Part shown: positions 58,438-64,000 of the stretch, piece by piece | Numbering within the stretch: the stretch's first letter is position 1 | How the letters are laid out: each line of letters starts with the position of its first letter | Assembly (NCBI GenBank): GCA_000437895.1 | Contig: FR902155.1 | Location: forward strand, 9,495-73,494 | Source of the DNA: Clostridium sp. CAG:914 | Lineage (GTDB): Bacteria; Bacillota_I; Bacilli_A; RF39; UBA660 | Direction: 5' to 3' | DNA length: 64,000 bases | Translations under genes and position numbers: made by a program | Notes under the pieces: model-generated | What the model saw: only the letters and a program-made list of their open reading frames with translations | What the model was told of the DNA's origin: nothing | Database searches by the model: none

Positions 58438-59364
58438 TCATACAACATATCTTTTAATAGTCATATTTGGATTTTCACTTTCTAATATTTTCCACTCCAT
58501 TTTTGACCTATCATATTCTACAAGTACTTCTTCAATATCAAACCCATTTTCTTTTTCATGTAAAACAATATATGAAGCATAATTTATAGGATCTTTATCA
58601 TATGCCATTCCTAATGCTCTAATAGAATAAAATGGAATATTACCATCCATATTATCATACTTTTTAAAATGAAAATGTCCCTGTATTATAGCATCATACA
58701 TTATAGGACTAAGTCCATTAAATAACGGATCATTATATGAATCCTCACATCCTTTTAACTCAGGATTCTTATTTAATAAATATAATCCACTATAATATTC
58801 AACTTCTCTTTTTTGTATAGAACTATTAGCATATAAAAACTGATCCCTCGGATCTAAACCATTATTAGATAACAATTGATAAGTAAATACATTTCTATCT
58901 CTAAAATCAAACCTAACATCATTAGCATAATGACATAACCCTATTTTTTTTCCTCCTAAAACTAAATCTACAGAATAAGGCCAACTTTCCATATCTTGAA
59001 TTAAAAAAGTACCTAATTGTTCTTTTATCCACAATATATCTTTTATCTTAGATAAATTTATACAATCTGAAAAAGGTTCAATACCTAACCAAATATATTC
59101 CTCAGCATTTCCCAAAACTGATATAACTCCATATTCTTTCAATAATAACATAACCTCTTTAGGATTAGGTCCCTCCCCTATATTATCACCAAGAGAATAT
59201 ATTTCTGTTATTCCTCTTTTTTTCATACTATCTAAAGTTGCTATAAGTGGTTCATATAATCCATGTAAATCAGTAATAATTCCTATTTTTCTACCCGTAT
59301 ACAAACCATATTCTCTAATCAATTCTCCATTATTAAATATTTTTGTATTATTAATTCTATCCAT
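58438..59364 (-). CDS. Metallophosphoesterase (calcineurin-like phosphoesterase)
   Basis: Motifs ITDLHG, SLGDNIGEG and GNAEEY. The start at MDRINN has a GGGGAG RBS. Confidence 0.6.
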   Translation of the reverse strand: MDRINNTKIFNNGELIREYGLYTGRKIGIITDLHGLYEPLIATLDSMKKRGITEIYSLGDNIGEGPNPKEVMLLLKEYGVISVLGNAEEYIWLGIEPFSDCINLSKIKDILWIKEQLGTFLIQDMESWPYSVDLVLGGKKIGLCHYANDVRFDFRDRNVFTYQLLSNNGLDPRDQFLYANSSIQKREVEYYSGLYLLNKNPELKGCEDSYNDPLFNGLSPIMYDAIIQGHFHFKKYDNMDGNIPFYSIRALGMAYDKDPINYASYIVLHEKENGFDIEEVLVEYDRSKMEWKILESENPNMTIKRYVV

Positions 59365-59463
59365 AAACTGCACTCCCCACAAGCATTGTACCAAATTGTT
59401 TTCTCAAAGTACACTAATCATAAGAAAATTTAGAAAAAAATCCATATAAATATATAATCAACT

Positions 59464-59547
59464 AAAAAATAGTATCTTTTATAAATATTTAACTATTTAT
59501 TGACACTATTTATAATAATCATATTCTATCCATAATACCTTTTCATA
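59464..59547. repeat. 84-bp direct repeat, copy 1 (pairs with 61289-61372)
   Basis: About 81 of 84 nt identical to the second copy. Includes the TTGACA-containing segment TATTTATTGACACTATTT. This copy overlaps the last 7 codons of the 59526-59810 ORF. Confidence 0.7.
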
Positions 59548-59810
59548 TAATATTTATTATCTTTTTGCTTAAATACTACTACTTCTTTATCATTATTATT
59601 ATCTATTTTTCTTCCATATTCTGAATCTAACTTACCAAAGGTAAATACTCTTTCATCTCTAATCATACCACCATCTATATATAAAGTATCTCCCACCATT
59701 ATTTCATAATCAATATCCATAATATGAATATTTAAATCATACTTATTATTATATTCATCAATAAGTATATATCTATCATCATTCTTTTCAATTACTAATA
59801 ATTCTTTCAT
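59526..59810 (-). CDS. Hypothetical small protein (94 aa)
   Basis: Open reading frame with a GGAGAAG RBS whose start codon overlaps the upstream gene stop. No recognisable domain. Confidence 0.4.
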   Translation of the reverse strand: MKELLVIEKNDDRYILIDEYNNKYDLNIHIMDIDYEIMVGDTLYIDGGMIRDERVFTFGKLDSEYGRKIDNNNDKEVVVFKQKDNKYYMKRYYG

Positions 59811-61258
59811 TATCTTCTCCCTCTTCTGTTTCTTTTTTCTATTTCAGATAATATTTTATTTCTTAATTTATGATTATTATTCAAGAACCAATCGCCTACC
59901 TTTATTAAATTTTCAGCAGTAAATTTTTGAAGAGTTTTATTCCTACGCAAGAAATCATGGCCTACTATTTTTAAGTTTGGAAGATATAGTTCTTGAAGAG
60001 TATTATTACAACTCAAGAACCAATCGCCTACCTCCGTTAAGTTTTCGGCAGTAAATTTTTGAAGGGAGGTATTAAAACACAAGAAACCATTGCCTACCTT
60101 TGTTAAGTTTGGAAGATATAGTTCTTGAAGAGTATTATTACAACTCAAGAACCAATCGCCTACCTCCGTTAAGTTTTCGGCAGTAAATTTTTGAAGGGAG
60201 GTATTATAAGACAAGAATTTATCACCTATATCATAAATTTTATTCATCTTAAGTGATATTATTTTTCCATCTTTATCAGTTATAATTTCTAAACTTTTAT
60301 TATTGTCACCTAATATTGTTATCTTTTTGCCACTATCAATATTATCTATTTCTATCTTATTTATATCTTTTATTACATCACAAAAACTATCACTTAGTTT
60401 TTTGTCATATAACCTAATACTTTTATTAGACAAATCTATTATAAAATAATCAATTATTAAATATCTACTTTTATCATACCTTTTTACATTAAAATTATCA
60501 ATAATTATATTATCAGGGCAATAATATACATTATTTATTTCATAATTATATTTATAATATTTTCCATCATTAGCTCTAACATAACCTTTTATTTCAAAGT
60601 TTTCACTTTTATACCTTTGAATTATACCTTTATATCTTTCAAATGATTCTGTTAATCCAGGAATTATATTATCTAAATTATTTGAAAAAGTAGCATCTGG
60701 ATTGTTAACTGTATGATTATATCTATTTTTTATTGATAAAGTATTTGTCCCATCTTTTGTAAACTGAATACTTATTACAGATGTTCCATACTCGTCTTCT
60801 CTTTTTGGTTTCTTAAAGTCTTCTCTTTTTATATCTGATACATTTTTCTTAACAGCAAAAAATACTCTACACCTATTCAATCTTCCACCTTTAAAAGTAC
60901 AAAGTTCTTCTCTTCGAGCATAATATTTTCTAAATGCTTGAATATCTCCTTCATTATAACATTCTACTAAAACATAACCTGCTTCAGACATAAGTTCTTC
61001 AGGCGTTTTAATCATGCCTAATTCATTATTATTCTCTACATCAACCAAACTATATATAAAATTTTTAAATTCACTTTCTTTTCCATTGGCTACAATGTCA
61101 TCAAATAGAGAATGACTTTCGTGAAAATTATCACTTAAAAGTTTTAATAGTTTTCCAGGTTCCTCTAATAAAGTTGGAAATGATTCTCTACAAAAATGAT
61201 ACATCTTTTCACCATATTTTTTTCTAATTACTTTTAAATCGTCTATCATAATACTCAC
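59810..61258 (-). CDS. BspA-type leucine-rich repeat (LRR_5-like) protein with unknown N-terminal domain, no signal peptide
   Basis: C-terminal repeats of about 44 aa, FTAENLxxVGDWFLxxNxTLQELYLPNLxxVGxxFL, matching the F..C..L..L.LP..L..IG..AF pattern. The N-terminal 330 aa is unassigned. Confidence 0.55.
   Translation of the reverse strand: MSIMIDDLKVIRKKYGEKMYHFCRESFPTLLEEPGKLLKLLSDNFHESHSLFDDIVANGKESEFKNFIYSLVDVENNNELGMIKTPEELMSEAGYVLVECYNEGDIQAFRKYYARREELCTFKGGRLNRCRVFFAVKKNVSDIKREDFKKPKREDEYGTSVISIQFTKDGTNTLSIKNRYNHTVNNPDATFSNNLDNIIPGLTESFERYKGIIQRYKSENFEIKGYVRANDGKYYKYNYEINNVYYCPDNIIIDNFNVKRYDKSRYLIIDYFIIDLSNKSIRLYDKKLSDSFCDVIKDINKIEIDNIDSGKKITILGDNNKSLEIITDKDGKIISLKMNKIYDIGDKFLSYNTSLQKFTAENLTEVGDWFLSCNNTLQELYLPNLTKVGNGFLCFNTSLQKFTAENLTEVGDWFLSCNNTLQELYLPNLKIVGHDFLRRNKTLQKFTAENLIKVGDWFLNNNHKLRNKILSEIEKRNRRGRR
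59850..60245. repeat. 132-bp tandem DNA repeats (about 3 copies) within the LRR gene
   Basis: Unit beginning GTTTGGAAGATATAG at 59975 and again at 60107. The two central copies are nearly identical over more than 110 nt and encode the 44-aa LRR units. Confidence 0.7.
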
Positions 61259-61288
61259 CTACTATATCTACATTTTAACACATATATT

Positions 61289-61372
61289 AAAAAATAGTAT
61301 CTTTTATAAATATTTAACTATTTATTGACACTATTTCTAATAATTATATTCTATCCATAATACCTTTTCATA
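61289..61372. repeat. 84-bp direct repeat, copy 2 (pairs with 59464-59547)
   Basis: Located between the LRR gene start and the transporter gene end. See copy 1. Confidence 0.7.
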
Positions 61373-61420
61373 AATTTCTATCATATAAATTTAAAAAAGC
61401 TACAATATATGTAGCTTTTA

Positions 61421-62863
61421 TTAGAATATTATCATAGCTAAAGTTAATATTACCATAGAAGCAAGTCCTATAGTTAATACTACTTTAAATGCCCATTTAA
61501 ACCAAGTTGAATATTCTACTTTTGCAAGTGCAAGACCTCCCATAATAGCACCACAAGTTGGAGTAATTAAATTAACTAATCCATTAGCTGCTACAAAAAT
61601 CATAATTGTAACAGATGGATTTAATCCAATACCTGCAGCAACTGGAGCTACTATTGGTGTAGATAATGTAGCAAGACCACTACTAGATGGTATTAATACA
61701 GATAATCCTATATGAAGTAAATAATCAAGTGGTGCAAATACATAACCAGGAGTTCCAGCTAAAGCATTTACAGACTTAGTAATAATATAATCTCCAAGAC
61801 CTGTCGTATCCATTAACACTTTAACACCACGAGCAACTGCAACGATTAATACTACTGAAACGATGTCACCAACACCTTTAACAAATGTATCAACCCATTC
61901 TTTTTCGCTCATACCATATACAACACCTATCACAACAGCCATTAATAAAAACCATGTAGCAGCATCTAAGAAATAGAACCATCCAAAACATGTTCCTGTT
62001 AATAGTGCTGTCCAGTGTGTTCCAGCATCAGCTACTTCCTCAGAAATAATTCCAAAATCAACCCAAGGAATGAATCCAAGAATCATAACAACAAATGTTA
62101 ATCCAAATAACCAAAGAACAACTTTTTGTTTTGTACTTAATTTAACATCTTTCTTATCTTCTTGCTTGTCAATGAATTCTGTCTTCATATCTTTTCTTTC
62201 TTGAAGTGATAAGAATGTAGAACCTTTGTCCTCCTTTACTTTCTTAGCATATTTCATAACAAAATATACAGAAATACCATAAGCTGTTAACCATAATATT
62301 ACACCAAGTAACAAGATAATAGTTTGATTAGCTTGAATTCCTTCTGGTAGAGCATTTATAGCTACTCCAACAGCAAATGGATTTACCGTAGAACCAAGTA
62401 CTCCACTACCTGCTCCAAGTAAAACAATTGCAGACCCAACAATTGTATCATAACCAGCAGCTACCATCGTAGCAGCAAGTAAGATATAAAATCCTACAGT
62501 TTCTTCTAACATTCCATATGTTGTTCCACCAATTGAGAATATAAACATAAGAATAGGAATTAACCATAGTTCCTTACCTTTCATCTTTTTTACCAAAACA
62601 GCAATACCATTTTCAAGAGCACCTGTTTTAGTAACAACAGCTAAAAAGCCACCTAAGATTAGAATGAAGATACATACTTCCATACTATCAGAAAAACCAT
62701 TTACTGGTGCCATAAGAATATCTGATAATTTAGCATTAGATACCTCTGGTATAAACCAAGTCACAGCAGCCACAATAAATAAAAGTATAATAATTATAGA
62801 GAATGAACTTAATCTTTTCTTTTCTTTAGGTTCTTGTTTAGCTTTTGCTTCTTTTTCTTTCAT
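61421..62863 (-). CDS. YfcC-family membrane transporter (putative basic amino acid antiporter)
   Basis: 480 aa with roughly 12 TM helices. N-terminal LSSFSIIIILLFIVAAVTWFIPE resembles the YfcC family. Adjacent to arcC and arcB. Confidence 0.5.
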   Translation of the reverse strand: MKEKEAKAKQEPKEKKRLSSFSIIIILLFIVAAVTWFIPEVSNAKLSDILMAPVNGFSDSMEVCIFILILGGFLAVVTKTGALENGIAVLVKKMKGKELWLIPILMFIFSIGGTTYGMLEETVGFYILLAATMVAAGYDTIVGSAIVLLGAGSGVLGSTVNPFAVGVAINALPEGIQANQTIILLLGVILWLTAYGISVYFVMKYAKKVKEDKGSTFLSLQERKDMKTEFIDKQEDKKDVKLSTKQKVVLWLFGLTFVVMILGFIPWVDFGIISEEVADAGTHWTALLTGTCFGWFYFLDAATWFLLMAVVIGVVYGMSEKEWVDTFVKGVGDIVSVVLIVAVARGVKVLMDTTGLGDYIITKSVNALAGTPGYVFAPLDYLLHIGLSVLIPSSSGLATLSTPIVAPVAAGIGLNPSVTIMIFVAANGLVNLITPTCGAIMGGLALAKVEYSTWFKWAFKVVLTIGLASMVILTLAMIIF

Positions 62864-62877
62864 TTTTCCTCCTTATA

Positions 62878-63813
62878 TTATTTTTGAATAATTGTTCCTG
62901 TCAAACCATTAATAGCATCAATAGCTTTATCTAATGAAGTAATAATAGCTATTCCCTTATTGCTATTATTAACAAAGTCCATACATGCCTCTATCTTAGG
63001 CAACATACTTCCCTTAGCAAACTCATTTAAACTAATATATTTCTCACATTCCTCTATAGTTAATTTGTCTAATTTTACTTCATTACTTTGATTATAATTT
63101 AAACAAACTTTTTCTACAGCTGTTAATATAAGCAATATATCTGCATCCATTAAGCTTGCTAATTTAGCAGATGAACGGTCTTTGTCTATTACGGCATCTA
63201 CACCAATATAATCAGGGCCTTCTTTGACTACTGGTATACCGCCACCTCCTATTGTAATGACTACATATCCTTTTGACACTAAATCATTTACAACGTCCAA
63301 CTCGACAATGCTTTTTGGTATAGGAGAAGGAACAACTCTCCTATAACCACGACCAGCATCCTCAAGAAATTGGTAATTTTTTTCTGTAGCTATCTTTTCA
63401 CTTTCTTCTTTAGTATAAAACATACCTACAGGCTTAGTAGGGTTTTTAAAAGCAGCATCATCTTTTGAAACCTCAACTTGTGTAATTAATGTTACGCACT
63501 TTTTATCTATATTATTTTTCTTAAGTTCACTATTAATTGCTTGTGACAAATGATAACCTATATATCCTTGACTCATAGCTCCACATTCAGCGAAAGGCAT
63601 AGCTGCTTTTATTTGATTCTTAGAAGCAGCATAGTCCATAGCCAAATTAATCATACCAACTTGTGGTCCATTTCCATGACCAATTATTACATCGTTACCC
63701 TCTTTAATTAAAGACACAATACTTTTAGCAGTATTTTTAACAAGTTCTTTCTGTTCAGCACAAGTACTACCTAAAGCATTTCCTCCAAGAGCAACCACTA
63801 TTTTTTTACCCAT
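62878..63813 (-). CDS. arcC: Carbamate kinase
   Basis: Motifs KIVVALGGNAL, GHGNGPQVG and GGGGIPV. The start at MGKK has an AAAGGAA RBS. The ORF-track start at 63822 uses TTG. Confidence 0.9.
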   Translation of the reverse strand: MGKKIVVALGGNALGSTCAEQKELVKNTAKSIVSLIKEGNDVIIGHGNGPQVGMINLAMDYAASKNQIKAAMPFAECGAMSQGYIGYHLSQAINSELKKNNIDKKCVTLITQVEVSKDDAAFKNPTKPVGMFYTKEESEKIATEKNYQFLEDAGRGYRRVVPSPIPKSIVELDVVNDLVSKGYVVITIGGGGIPVVKEGPDYIGVDAVIDKDRSSAKLASLMDADILLILTAVEKVCLNYNQSNEVKLDKLTIEECEKYISLNEFAKGSMLPKIEACMDFVNNSNKGIAIITSLDKAIDAINGLTGTIIQK

Positions 63814-63840
63814 TTTTAACAAGTTCCTTTCAACATATAA

Positions 63841-64000
63841 TTAATCTCTTAAAGTAGCATAAATAACAGCCTTTATAGTGTGCATTCTATTTTCTGCTTC
63901 TTCAAATACCTTTGATTGTTCAGATTCAAACACTTCATTTGTAACTTCCATTTCTTCTAACCCATAAGTATCATAAATCTCTTTACCAATCGTTGTATTA
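63841..64000 (-). CDS. arcB: Ornithine carbamoyltransferase, C-terminal end (partial; 5' end outside window)
   Basis: The minus-strand translation ...[40 protein letters not shown] matches the conserved OTC C-terminus. Stop at 63843-63841. Confidence 0.8.
   Translation of the reverse strand, partial: NTTIGKEIYDTYGLEEMEVTNEVFESEQSKVFEEAENRMHTIKAVIYATLRD

Noticed and set aside
59975-60240. Regularly spaced near-identical repeats that could superficially suggest a CRISPR array
   Set aside because: The period is 132 bp with no unique spacers. The repeats are in-frame coding repeats (44-aa LRR units) inside a long ORF, and no cas genes are present.
1-64000. tRNA, rRNA, transposase/integrase, CRISPR-Cas or prophage genes
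   Set aside because: No GC-rich cloverleaf-sized islands, no rRNA-like conserved stretches and no recombinase-like ORFs were recognised. GC-richer blips correspond to T-box cores, RBS regions or coding sequence.

Overview
This is a very AT-rich (roughly 25% GC by eye), gene-dense chromosomal segment from a low-GC Firmicute that looks like a Clostridia-type spore-former: it encodes SpoIIM and a YjcZ-like small protein, and two aminoacyl-tRNA synthetase operons carry T-box leaders. The genetic code appears standard.

- **1 to 20.2 kb (mostly + strand, housekeeping):** PduL C-terminus, frr, T-box-pheS-pheT, a GyrB/ParE-type topoisomerase subunit, T-box-ileS, an L,D-transpeptidase, ddl, ruvA, a HAD nucleotidase inserted between ruvA and ruvB, and ruvB.
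- **20.3 to 54.4 kb (accessory-looking region):**
  - An acyl-AMP ligase gene is followed by a duplicated copy of its promoter and a 3' remnant of a paralog.
  - Two paralogous membrane pseudo-histidine-kinase/pseudo-receiver proteins sit in inverted orientation (22.6-24.4 kb and 50.8-52.5 kb), with their phospho-acceptor residues replaced (His->Lys in both; Asp->Glu in one and Asp->Ser in the other). Between them lie spoIIM, mnmA, tsaC, hpt and hisS among the following.
  - Three ABC transport systems: a MacB-type ATPase with two FtsX permeases and a small secreted protein; a fused ABC exporter preceded by a promoter, a 28-codon leader ORF and an intrinsic terminator, arranged like an attenuator; and an ABC-2 trio.
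  - A cysteine-rich radical SAM protein, an orphan RnfC-like FeS protein with a membrane partner, and a peptidase-S51 pseudogene.
  - An ORF-free AT-rich tract of about 0.9 kb, and several hypothetical small membrane proteins.
  - Downstream of the second pseudo-kinase are two tandem PlsC-like acyltransferase paralogs whose 5' and 3' ends are nearly identical at the DNA level.
- **54.5 to 64 kb (- strand):** mtaB, pdp, scpB, scpA, a metallophosphoesterase, a BspA-type LRR protein with 132-bp tandem repeats, and a small gene. The segment carrying the LRR and small genes is bracketed by 84-bp direct repeats. Then come a YfcC-family transporter, arcC and the 3' end of arcB (arginine deiminase pathway).

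No rRNA, tRNA, CRISPR or transposase/integrase genes were recognised.
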